DNA of 32,000 bases from Planctopirus limnophila DSM 3776 (GTDB lineage Bacteria; Planctomycetota; Planctomycetia; Planctomycetales; Planctomycetaceae). The position numbers were made by a program, and so were the translations under genes. The stretch lies in the NCBI RefSeq assembly GCF_000092105.1, contig NC_014148.1:4260001-4292000 (forward strand), in the 5' to 3' direction. Shown in pieces: positions 18,085 to 25,906 of the stretch (position 1 is its first letter; every line of letters starts with the position of its first letter). Below the pieces are notes generated by a model. The model saw nothing but the letters and a program-made list of their open reading frames with translations. It was not told the origin of the DNA and searched no databases.

Positions 18085-19500
18085 ATGTCGATATCGGGAA
18101 AGACGGCGTCAATGAAAGAGCATGATCTGGTCGTAATTGGTGGTGGCCCCGGAGGTTATGTCGCTGCCATTCGTGCAGCACAGTTGGGCCTCAATGTGGC
18201 CTGCATTGAGAAAGAATCAGCTTTAGGGGGCACCTGTCTGCGCGTGGGCTGTATCCCCAGCAAAGCCATGCTCGAATCGAGCGAACTCTTCCAGATGGCC
18301 AAGAATCATCTGGCTGAGCATGGTGTTTCCATCAATGCCGACTCCGTAAAGCTCGACCTGCCTGCCATGCTCAAGCGCAAGGATGGCATTGTCTCCCAGT
18401 TGACCAAAGGAATTGACGGCCTCTTCCGCAAGAACAAAATCACCCGCTACCTGGGCCACGGCAAGATTGTCGCCCCAGGTAAAGTCCTGGTCGAAGGGGC
18501 TCAACCCGAAGAGATCGTCTGCAAGAACATCGTCATTGCCACAGGCAGCAAATCCGCCCCGCTCAAAGGTGTGGAAGTCGATAACGAACGAATTGGCACA
18601 AGCACCGAGGCTCTCGCCTTCCCGGAAGTTCCTGGAACTATGGTGGTCATTGGTGCGGGGGTGATTGGCCTCGAGCTGGGTTGCGTCTGGAGCCGGCTGG
18701 GTGCCAAAGTGATTGTGCTGGAATACCTCGACCGGATTCTTCCCGGCATGGACAGCGAAATTGCCACCGAAGCTCAGAAGATCTTCACCAAGCAAGGGAT
18801 TGAGTTCCGCCTGGGGATGAAAGTGACCGGCGCCAAGGTTTCGGGCAAAAAGTGCGTGGTGACTTGTGAAGGTGCCGAGCCGATCACCGCCGATCGTGTG
18901 CTCCTCGCTGTGGGCCGCATCCCGAACACCGAGAACCTGAATCTCGATGGAGTGCATGTGGCTTACGACAACCGTGGCCGCATTCAGGTCGATCAGCACT
19001 TCCAGACGACAATCCCGGGCATTTACGCGATTGGCGACGTGATTGGTGGTGCCATGCTGGCTCACAAAGCCGAAGAGGAAGGGATGGCCGTTGCCGAAGG
19101 GATTGTCTGGGGTCATTGCCACGTCAATTACGATGCCATTCCCGCCATTGTCTATACCCATCCTGAGATTGCCAGCGTGGGCAAGACAGAAGACCAGCTC
19201 AAAGAAGCCGGTGTGCCCTACAAGAAGGGAAGCTTCCCTTACATGGCGAATGGACGTGCCAAAGCGATTGCCGCAAATGAGGGCCGCGCCAAGGTTCTGG
19301 CACATGCCGAAACCGACCGCGTGCTGGGTGTCCACATCATTGGGGCACATGCTGGCGATCTGATTGCTGAAGCGGCTCTGGCGATCGAATTCGGGGCTTC
19401 GAGCGAAGACATCGCCCGGACTTCACATGCTCACCCGACACTGGCCGAAATCGTCAAAGAAGCGGCGCTGGCCGTGGATGGACGAGCCATTCACTTTTAA
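18085..19500 (+). CDS. lpdA: Dihydrolipoyl dehydrogenase (E3 / L-protein)
   Basis: The FAD-binding block is VVIGGGPGGYVAAIRAAQLG. The redox-active disulfide block is GGTCLRVGCIPSK. The NAD-binding block is MVVIGAGVIGLELG. The C-terminal interface block is HAHPTLAEIVKEAA. The ORF is open from 18007, but Met at 18085 (MSISGKTASMKEHDLVVIGGG) fits the usual N-terminus. Confidence 0.95.
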   Translation: MSISGKTASMKEHDLVVIGGGPGGYVAAIRAAQLGLNVACIEKESALGGTCLRVGCIPSKAMLESSELFQMAKNHLAEHGVSINADSVKLDLPAMLKRKDGIVSQLTKGIDGLFRKNKITRYLGHGKIVAPGKVLVEGAQPEEIVCKNIVIATGSKSAPLKGVEVDNERIGTSTEALAFPEVPGTMVVIGAGVIGLELGCVWSRLGAKVIVLEYLDRILPGMDSEIATEAQKIFTKQGIEFRLGMKVTGAKVSGKKCVVTCEGAEPITADRVLLAVGRIPNTENLNLDGVHVAYDNRGRIQVDQHFQTTIPGIYAIGDVIGGAMLAHKAEEEGMAVAEGIVWGHCHVNYDAIPAIVYTHPEIASVGKTEDQLKEAGVPYKKGSFPYMANGRAKAIAANEGRAKVLAHAETDRVLGVHIIGAHAGDLIAEAALAIEFGASSEDIARTSHAHPTLAEIVKEAALAVDGRAIHF

Positions 19501-19525
19501 TTGCTAGAACCAGCTTTTGAACATC

Positions 19526-19572
19526 GAGAGTGACCCGGCAACCCCCATGATTGCCGGGTCACTCTCATTTTC
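19526..19572 (+). terminator. Intrinsic terminator of lpdA
   Basis: A 16-bp perfect stem pairs GAGAGTGACCCGGCAA (19526-19541) with TTGCCGGGTCACTCTC (19551-19566). The loop is 9 nt and the stem is followed by ATTTTCG. Confidence 0.75.
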
Positions 19573-19763
19573 GACGTGAAAAAACTCAATTTGTGGTTCA
19601 GACAAGATCATTCTGATAAAATTTGATCTGTTCAGCCTCTCGAAGCTGCAGAACCGCTTGCCCAAGCCATGTGGCTGGTTTACTCTAAGATTCTCACCGA
19701 TGAGAAGATCGTTCTCACCCACAACCTGCCCTGCGTACCAGATTTTTTTCCGAGGATTGCGCC

Positions 19764-20537
19764 ATGAAGACCTTATTCAGATCATTCGCCTGTTTTGCAA
19801 TCAGTGCCACAGCCTGCCTCGCCGTGACCACGGGGGCTGCTGCAGCCGACTGGGGAACTTTGAGTGGTCAGATTGTGCTGGATGGTGCTGTTCCTGATGC
19901 AAAAGTGCTGGTTCGCAAAGGCGACTCCACAGTTCGCGATGCTGCCGTCTGCGCCAAGGAAGATTTGCTTGATCAGAGTCTGGTGGTGGATCCTGCCAGC
20001 AAAGGGATTGCGAATGTGGTGATCTATCTCACCAAGGCTCCCAAGTCGATCCATCCCGACCTCAAGGCAGGCAAGACCGCCACTGTCGAATTTGATAATC
20101 AGACTTGTCTGTTTGTTCCCCGCGTGATTGCCGTGCAGACGGGCCAGCCGATTAAGGTGCTGAACACCGACGCCGTCGCCCATAACGTGCACACCTATTC
20201 AACAAAGAATACTGCTGTGAATTTTCTCGTTCAGCCAGGGAACAAGACCGGCGTACCACTCAAGGGAACTGAACAGGAACGAGTCCCATTCAAAGTGACT
20301 TGTGACATCCATCCCTGGATGCTCGGCCACTGGATGGTCTGCGATCACCCTTACTTCGCTGTGACCGGGGCTGATGGCAAGTTCACCATTGAAAACCTCC
20401 CAGCCGGTGAAGAAATTGAAGTCCGGATGTGGCAGGAACGATCTGGCTATGTGCAAAAGCCTGCAAAAATGACTCTCAAGGCAGGTGCTAACGATCTCGG
20501 TGCGATCAAGGTTCCTGTGGCCAGCTTCAACAAGTAG
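19764..20537 (+). CDS. Secreted cupredoxin-like protein with amicyanin-type copper loop and C-terminal beta-sandwich
   Basis: 257 aa. The signal peptide is MKTLFRSFACFAISATACLAVTTGAAAA. The candidate type-1 Cu ligands are His in AVAHNVH and Cys-x2-His-x2-Met (CDIHPWM, nt 20301-20321). This is the same spacing as the amicyanin loop CTPHPFM. The C-terminal segment GADGKFTIENLPAGEEIEVRMW resembles a carboxypeptidase-regulatory-like fold. Confidence 0.6.
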   Translation: MKTLFRSFACFAISATACLAVTTGAAAADWGTLSGQIVLDGAVPDAKVLVRKGDSTVRDAAVCAKEDLLDQSLVVDPASKGIANVVIYLTKAPKSIHPDLKAGKTATVEFDNQTCLFVPRVIAVQTGQPIKVLNTDAVAHNVHTYSTKNTAVNFLVQPGNKTGVPLKGTEQERVPFKVTCDIHPWMLGHWMVCDHPYFAVTGADGKFTIENLPAGEEIEVRMWQERSGYVQKPAKMTLKAGANDLGAIKVPVASFNK

Positions 20538-20567
20538 GCTGAAACAGGATTTCGCAATTCATCACTG

Positions 20568-20599
20568 CGCCTTGAAGGTTCGTGCCTTCAAGGCGTTTT
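20568..20599 (+). terminator. Intrinsic terminator of the cupredoxin gene
   Basis: An 11-bp perfect stem pairs CGCCTTGAAGG (20568-20578) with CCTTCAAGGCG (20585-20595). The loop is 6 nt and the stem is followed by TTTT. Confidence 0.75.
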
Positions 20600-20613
20600 G
20601 CTGCGCGAGGATG

Positions 20614-20684
20614 GTTGTGGGTTGGTGGTTGGAAAGACTTGGGAATCACTGTCCAGCAGGAAATTCCAACCGACAACCAACAAC
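20614..20684 (+). promoter_or_regulatory. Long imperfect hairpin in the leader of the GcvH-like gene
   Basis: GTTGTGGGTTGGTGGTTGGAA (20614-20634) pairs with TTCCAACCGACAACCAACAAC (20664-20684). This gives 21 positions with 18 Watson-Crick pairs, 1 G:U and 2 mismatches, and a 29-nt loop. It lies between the upstream terminator and the start codon at 20750. Confidence 0.35.
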
Positions 20685-20749
20685 TCCCCACCCACACGGT
20701 TCTCCGGCCTTGATTCCACAGCAGCGCACACGACTCGCAAAGGCTCGCC

Positions 20750-21205
20750 ATGTCGGACGAATTGACATTCATGATGGGGCAGTTTCCGGCCCGGATACCG
20801 ACCGACCGCAACTATGTGGCCACACATTTCTGGCTGCAGGCAATCGAGCCTAGGGTTTATCGTGTCGGGTTTACAGCTTATGCCGTCCGACTCCTGCAGG
20901 ATGTCTATTTTCTCGACTGGTCCATCAGTGATGGGGCGATGGTTGGTAGAAAAGCCGAGATCGGCGAGATCGAGAGTTCCAAAGCTCTGAGTACCATGTA
21001 CTCGGCAGAAGCGGGCGAGATTCTGCGAATCAACCCCGTCGTGGCAGCTGATCCCAGTGCCATTAACGCCGATTCTTATGGCGAAGGCTGGCTCTATGAA
21101 CTGCGAACCACAGCCAGCTTATTGAGTGCTGCCGAATATATGGATGTCCTCGCTGCGAGTTGGGAAAAAACGCAGGCCATCATCAAGGGGCAGATGAATC
21201 AGTGA
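20750..21205 (+). CDS. Glycine-cleavage H-protein-like lipoyl carrier (divergent, orphan)
   Basis: 151 aa. It aligns by eye along the whole E. coli GcvH fold. YVATHFWL corresponds to YSKEHEWL. IGEIESSKALSTMYSAEAGEI corresponds to VAESVKAASDIYAPVSGEI. NADSYGEGWLYEL corresponds to NSEPYAGGWIFKI. The lipoyl-lysine equivalent is K78 (AAA at 20981-20983). It has extra N- and C-terminal residues relative to canonical H-proteins. Confidence 0.8.
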   Translation: MSDELTFMMGQFPARIPTDRNYVATHFWLQAIEPRVYRVGFTAYAVRLLQDVYFLDWSISDGAMVGRKAEIGEIESSKALSTMYSAEAGEILRINPVVAADPSAINADSYGEGWLYELRTTASLLSAAEYMDVLAASWEKTQAIIKGQMNQ

Positions 21206-21469
21206 TCACCAATTCGTCTGGTGAGTTGTGGGTGGAAACGAATCAGTGTCGGAAAAGGATACAGCGTCGAATTGCCATTGGTGGAGTGGTTCGACATGAT
21301 CAATGAGTCGAGAATTTCCAAAGATGGCGAGTACTCTCAACGCTTCAATTTCGAAGGTTTAGAGCGACTATTTCCATAAAACATCGCAGATCTCAACCGT
21401 GATGCAGCTTAACGATCAGGCTGTGCACACGATCTTGATGGCCAGACAGTCGCATGTCGGAGAAGTGAT

Positions 21470-22576
21470 ATGGCTTCAGGAAAACTGACAGTCGTGATCT
21501 CACAGGCACCGGGCAAAAACCCGGTCAAAAGAGCCCTGGAAGAAGACATCGCTGTCCAGCTTATGCTGGGTGGTCAGGTCGATGTCTCGGTCATTCCTCA
21601 CCTGTACGATCTCCCTGCCGATCATACGGGATTGATGTTTTTGCGGTCGCTCCCGGGCCACTTTGTGATTCTTTCGTGGCTCTATCCACGAGCGGCCCAC
21701 TGGGTTCTGGATCGTCAGAAAATTGAGGGACGACTGGGGAATACCCGTCTTGTTGATGAAGACGACGACGAATCGGAAGCCGATGACGACTCGGCAAAGA
21801 TTCTGGCAGAAATGAACGGAGCCCATTCCGAAACTGCCGCCGAAACTCATGGAAAGTCGTCTCGCACCATCTGGTCCATCGACTTGAGAGTCCGGTCAGA
21901 TGCTGCGGCCTACGTCGAAGAAATCCAGCGGATTGCCGCCGAGATGGCCGTCCCTGTGGTTTCATTGGGATTATCGTTTCCCTCAAAAGCAACGCCTCTA
22001 AAGGCTTCTGTGGATTTGCCTGTCATCAATCCGCCAGTTCATTCCATGGCCAACGGCAGTTCCGAGGCGAATGGTTCCGTCTCATTACCAATACCCGTTC
22101 ATGTAGGAACCGAAGAGCTGACAAAGCGGCGCTGGTATCCCGTGATTGATTACAGCCGCTGTACCAACTGCATGGAGTGCATCGACTTTTGCCTCTTTGG
22201 TGTCTATGGCGTGGATGCGCTCGACCGGATTCTCGTTGAGCAGCAGGATAGCTGCAAAAAAGGTTGTCCGGCTTGCAGCAGAGTTTGCCCCGCCAATGCG
22301 ATTATCTTTCCTGAACACAAGACAGCGGCGATCGCCGGTGCCGATGGTGACGGCCCTGCAGCTTTCAAGGTCGATCTGTCGAAGCTCTTTGGCGGAGGGA
22401 ACGATTCCGCCGAATCGGCCCTCGAAATGGCTGTCAAAGAACGCGATCAGGAACTTGTGGCCGATGGTCGAGAAGCGGTCGGTATGAAGGTGGGCATCCC
22501 CAAGCGACAGGAAGGAAAAGCCCAGTCTCCTCGCGACAATCTCGACGACCTGCTCGACAGCCTCGACAACTTTTAA
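21470..22576 (+). CDS. Ferredoxin-domain protein (2x[4Fe-4S]-type Cys motifs) with uncharacterised N-terminal region
   Basis: 368 aa. GGAGAAG lies 5 nt upstream of the ATG. The Cys motifs are C231-x2-C-x2-C-x3-C (CTNCMECIDFC) and C262-x3-C-x2-C-x3-CP (CKKGCPACSRVCP), at nt 22160-22288. The N-terminal roughly 220 aa include the acidic run DEDDDESEADDD and carry no motif I recognise. Confidence 0.75.
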   Translation: MASGKLTVVISQAPGKNPVKRALEEDIAVQLMLGGQVDVSVIPHLYDLPADHTGLMFLRSLPGHFVILSWLYPRAAHWVLDRQKIEGRLGNTRLVDEDDDESEADDDSAKILAEMNGAHSETAAETHGKSSRTIWSIDLRVRSDAAAYVEEIQRIAAEMAVPVVSLGLSFPSKATPLKASVDLPVINPPVHSMANGSSEANGSVSLPIPVHVGTEELTKRRWYPVIDYSRCTNCMECIDFCLFGVYGVDALDRILVEQQDSCKKGCPACSRVCPANAIIFPEHKTAAIAGADGDGPAAFKVDLSKLFGGGNDSAESALEMAVKERDQELVADGREAVGMKVGIPKRQEGKAQSPRDNLDDLLDSLDNF

Positions 22577-22640
22577 TTCGGCGCGGGTCCATGTGGCAGC
22601 GCAGAAAAGTCACTGAGACTCGATAATCAACGAACAATAA

Positions 22641-22668
22641 CTCCCGGCGATTTTGCAATCACCGGGAG
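22641..22668. terminator. Hairpin between convergent genes (possible bidirectional terminator)
   Basis: CTCCCGGCGATT (22641-22652) pairs with AATCACCGGGAG (22657-22668). This gives 12 positions with one mismatch and a loop of TTGC. On the minus strand it is followed by TTATTGTT. There is no T-run on the + strand. Confidence 0.45.
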
Positions 22669-22725
22669 CCTTGATGCCCATCATAATGTCTGAACAGTAC
22701 AGGAGCCTTTAAGCCCCTGTGGCAG

Positions 22726-23724
22726 CTACTTCTGATTCACTTCCTGCATCAGATTCTTGGCAATCTGCAGATGCTTTTGTGTGGTCGCTTTGGCTTCCAC
22801 AACGAACTGCTGCAGCTCTCCGGTCGTATGCTTTTCGAGCACTGTTAGCTGTGCCAGCATCCCCATGTGCATCCCCGCCTGGATACCCAGAAAAGCCTCA
22901 TCGATCTGCTTGTTTTCCTTAGCTTCCATCAGCTCGGCGATCGCCAGGTTCAGGCATTCCTGAGTGGCCTCCTGATGAATCTGCAGAAACTGGTCGCCTT
23001 CACTGGTTTTCCCAGCATACTGCGGCTGAAGCACAACTCGATTTCGATAACCAACTACCTGCCGTCCGGTAGCAGGCCCATTGGGTGTCAAATCAACATT
23101 GACTCCCGTTGTCCGCTCAATCTGACGTTCGGTTCTTTCGTTCTGGCGTTCCACACGCCGCTGGGCCGGTGTCGCAGGAACGGGAGTCGTGACAACTTCC
23201 GTCGCCACAAATGTGGCGGGCCGGGGTTGTTCCGACTGTGTGGTCTGGGTCATTTTCATGGCCTGAAGCTTCTGGACGGCTTTTTGATGGTCGGCCACAA
23301 GCTGTTCGGCAAACTTCTTCACCTTCTCGTTTTGAAGTTCGTTTTCAATGAACTTGCTCAACTCGACTTCTTCCTGATTTTTGAGAATCAGGCAATTGAG
23401 AATATGCGATTCGATATTCATCGCAGGCTGTTGTACCGCTCTCGCATTGACGCCTGGTCGTTCCTGCCCGGCCACCAGTTGAGCGCCAGGCGTGTAGACG
23501 TTACCAGGGATCCGATCGACCTGATTGGGATCAATCGCTGTCGTACCCCGCGGTGGAGTATTAGTCTGCACCTGGACATTGCCGATCGGTGTTTCGACGT
23601 TGGTTACGTTCTTCGTCGGAGGAGTGACATTTGCTGGCGTTGAAGCGCTCTTGGCCTGTGCCAAGGCTGTGGTTGCGAGGCCAATCGATAAGCCTGTCGT
23701 AAGAATTGTCTTGAAAACGTGCAT
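22726..23724 (-). CDS. Secreted DUF4142-like (ferritin-like helical) protein with long internal linker
   Basis: The ORF is open to 24036. Met at 23724 has GGAGG 6 nt upstream and gives a signal peptide (MHVFKTILTTGLSIGLATTALAQA). Two half-domains resemble DUF4142: ...KKFAEQLVADHQKAVQKLQ... and ...DEAFLGIQAGMHMGMLAQLTVL...QKHLQIAKNLM. They are separated by a T/Q/R/P/V-rich linker of roughly 100 aa. Confidence 0.55.
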   Translation of the reverse strand: MHVFKTILTTGLSIGLATTALAQAKSASTPANVTPPTKNVTNVETPIGNVQVQTNTPPRGTTAIDPNQVDRIPGNVYTPGAQLVAGQERPGVNARAVQQPAMNIESHILNCLILKNQEEVELSKFIENELQNEKVKKFAEQLVADHQKAVQKLQAMKMTQTTQSEQPRPATFVATEVVTTPVPATPAQRRVERQNERTERQIERTTGVNVDLTPNGPATGRQVVGYRNRVVLQPQYAGKTSEGDQFLQIHQEATQECLNLAIAELMEAKENKQIDEAFLGIQAGMHMGMLAQLTVLEKHTTGELQQFVVEAKATTQKHLQIAKNLMQEVNQK

Positions 23725-24178
23725 GCTGAACCTCCAGTGATCAAAGCAAAACAAAATCGCCACTCCTCGATGATGCACCCAACATGAGCAATCATCCGGT
23801 ATCTCCTGGAGAGGCGAATTGTGCGGAGGTCTATGTCGCAACATACATGCCGCAAGCCATTCTCGAAGTGATGGTTGAGGCCATTCGACGGGCTTTTGAC
23901 GTGAGATGGCTCGCCTGATGGATGAACCATCGGTTGGTATGATTTCGTTTAACGCAACGAACAAGGGGATTTTCGCAATCGCTGAGAGTTGGTTTCTGGA
24001 GTTTTGAGAATCTTGGGCGAAGTGAACTTCAGGCACTTCATCAAGAGTCTCCCTGAGAAGATCTTCATGAGAAGTGAAGGGCGATCAACCACTCAACAAG
24101 ATCGATTGAGACGGCAGCCTGCGTGTCGGTCGCCTGGCGATCATGGTTGCTGCCGGCCTTGATGTCCTCTCGAATAAT

Positions 24179-25543
24179 TCAGGGAGTGGTCGATTTGGGC
24201 AGCATGAGATCCGCATAGTTCAGGATGCCGGTCCAGAACTCGTTCGTGAGTGTGTGCTTTTCTGGCAGCCGTAATTGCAGCAGTTCGCCCACTTTGCCAG
24301 GTTGAATCTCTGTGACTGAAGTGATGAGCCCCGATCCGACCAGGCCGGTTTTCCCGAGCAGCTTCCAGACGGGGTCAATTGCCTTAAGTGTTTCCAGAGA
24401 TCGCGGGAAGTTGGCCCACGCGTCCTGATCACCTTCCGTATCGAGCAGTAATCGTGGCGCCACGAGCGAAGCCACCGCATGCTGATCGAAAGGAATCCGT
24501 GGCTCGTTGCCGCCAAATTTCTTGAACTCGCCACAGAACCAATGGGGGAACACTCGATTGATCCGTTCGACAGTCTCCTGATTATTCTCCCGGCTCAAAG
24601 CCATGCCACCCGTTCCCGATTGATGGGGCACCACAAGGGCAATTCGTTCATCCATGGCAGCAGCAAACAGGACGGTTTTCCCTCGGCGGGAATGGCCCAG
24701 TAGACAAATACGCCGCGGATCAAGCTGTGGTTCCTGAGCCAGTTGATCGACGCAACGCAGCAGCCCCCAGGCCCACAGGGCAATTGTGGCGGGTTGTGAG
24801 CCTGCGGGAACCTGGTCGCTTTTCAGATAAGGAAACAGGCCATCGGTCCACTCATTCTTGTCGGCTTTCGTGTCACTTTCGTGGTAGGTCGCAAAGGCAT
24901 AACCTCGGTCGATCACCTGCTCGACACACCAAAAATCGGCCTGTCCACCACGCTGCCCGATCCATTCTTTCTTCGAGCAATAGCGATCGGTATGAATGGT
25001 CGTCTGCGGATCTGTTGTGACGTTGGCGTTACCGCAATAGTTAAGCGTCAGGAAGACCGGGATCTTTCCGGCCGGGTGGCGGTTGGGAATCCAGAGTGCC
25101 AGGCGGATCTCGGGTGCCTCTGGAGGAAGCTGAGTGAAATTGAGGCTGATCTCTTTGAGCGTGGCCTTGCCAGCCAGAGCATCGGGAACCATTTTCGTAA
25201 CCGTAGCTGTGAATGGCTGCGCGGCCGGCAAATACCCGAACATCTCACGCTGGATAAGTTCCTGGAGTTCTGGCCGCCTCCGCTTCATCCAGTCCTCAGG
25301 TGTTTTAACTGTCGTTCCATTTTTCAGCTTCAAAAGTTCAGGGAGTGCAGTCGATTCGGGATATGCGTCCCAGTTGATCGCGGGAGTACCTGGGGATGCC
25401 TCTTGAGTGCCGACCTGAGAATTTGTGGACAAGGGTTCCGCACTTTCTACCGCTGTCGCCAGGAGACACAGCCACAGCACAGGAACAACAGAGTTCTTTA
25501 AATCGAGCTTTATGGAAACTAAGTTTTTCATCGTGGGCCTCAT
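24179..25543 (-). CDS. Secreted alpha/beta hydrolase, glucuronoyl-esterase (CE15)-like
   Basis: 454 aa with a signal peptide (LVSIKLDLKNSVVPVLWLCLLATAVESAEP). The nucleophile block GHSRRGKTVLFAAAMDERIALVVPHQSGTGG resembles the G-x-S-R-x-GK block of CE15 esterases. This is family-level recognition only. Confidence 0.55.
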   Translation of the reverse strand: MRPTMKNLVSIKLDLKNSVVPVLWLCLLATAVESAEPLSTNSQVGTQEASPGTPAINWDAYPESTALPELLKLKNGTTVKTPEDWMKRRRPELQELIQREMFGYLPAAQPFTATVTKMVPDALAGKATLKEISLNFTQLPPEAPEIRLALWIPNRHPAGKIPVFLTLNYCGNANVTTDPQTTIHTDRYCSKKEWIGQRGGQADFWCVEQVIDRGYAFATYHESDTKADKNEWTDGLFPYLKSDQVPAGSQPATIALWAWGLLRCVDQLAQEPQLDPRRICLLGHSRRGKTVLFAAAMDERIALVVPHQSGTGGMALSRENNQETVERINRVFPHWFCGEFKKFGGNEPRIPFDQHAVASLVAPRLLLDTEGDQDAWANFPRSLETLKAIDPVWKLLGKTGLVGSGLITSVTEIQPGKVGELLQLRLPEKHTLTNEFWTGILNYADLMLPKSTTP

Positions 25544-25906
25544 GTCAGCAGGGAAGTCAATCGCGATGGGTACTGTCCGGAATCGTGACTGAAGTTTGCC
25601 AAATTCAAGACGACGGCGAAAGAAGGCAGCCTCGAAAGCGGCGCGATCAGAAAATCAGGCTACGGCAAGCCTCTTTGGCCTATGTGAAAACGGACGCCTG
25701 GCAGAGTTGTATGCAGAAAATGACGACGAAACATTCCCTGCAATTTCGACTCGCGAAGTGGTTGAGAGTAGCGAAACGACGCAGAATGGAGCAAACTTTC
25801 GTGCACAAGATCATTGTTGAAATCAGCCATCCGAAGCCGTTTGGCTGAGAGACAATGATGCCAGACGATTTTGCTGGACCATCTTTCAGGAAACTGCGGG
25901 CTCAAT

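Noticed and set aside
18223-19350. 375-aa ORF antisense to lpdA
   Set aside because: This is the same in-phase antisense artefact: its codon boundaries coincide with the lpdA frame. It has no recognisable motifs, and lpdA is unambiguous.
19646-19657. Possible third, inverted copy of the 39-nt repeat (shares TGGGCAAGC on the opposite strand)
   Set aside because: Only a 9-nt core matches and the flanks do not align. A match of that length is expected by chance in a window of this size.
20601-20749. Glycine riboswitch upstream of the GcvH-like gene
   Set aside because: The conserved glycine-aptamer cores, as I remember them (GGAGAG ... ACCGAAGG-type segments), are absent. The long hairpin there is reported separately as unexplained.
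22867-23643. 258-aa ORF antisense to the DUF4142-like gene
   Set aside because: It is an in-phase shadow ORF (22867-22726 is a multiple of 3) with no motifs.
23725-24036. 104-aa N-terminal extension of ORF 22726..24036
   Set aside because: The internal Met at 23724 has a GGAGG ribosome-binding site 6 nt upstream and gives a canonical signal peptide. The extension has no signal-like or domain-like character.
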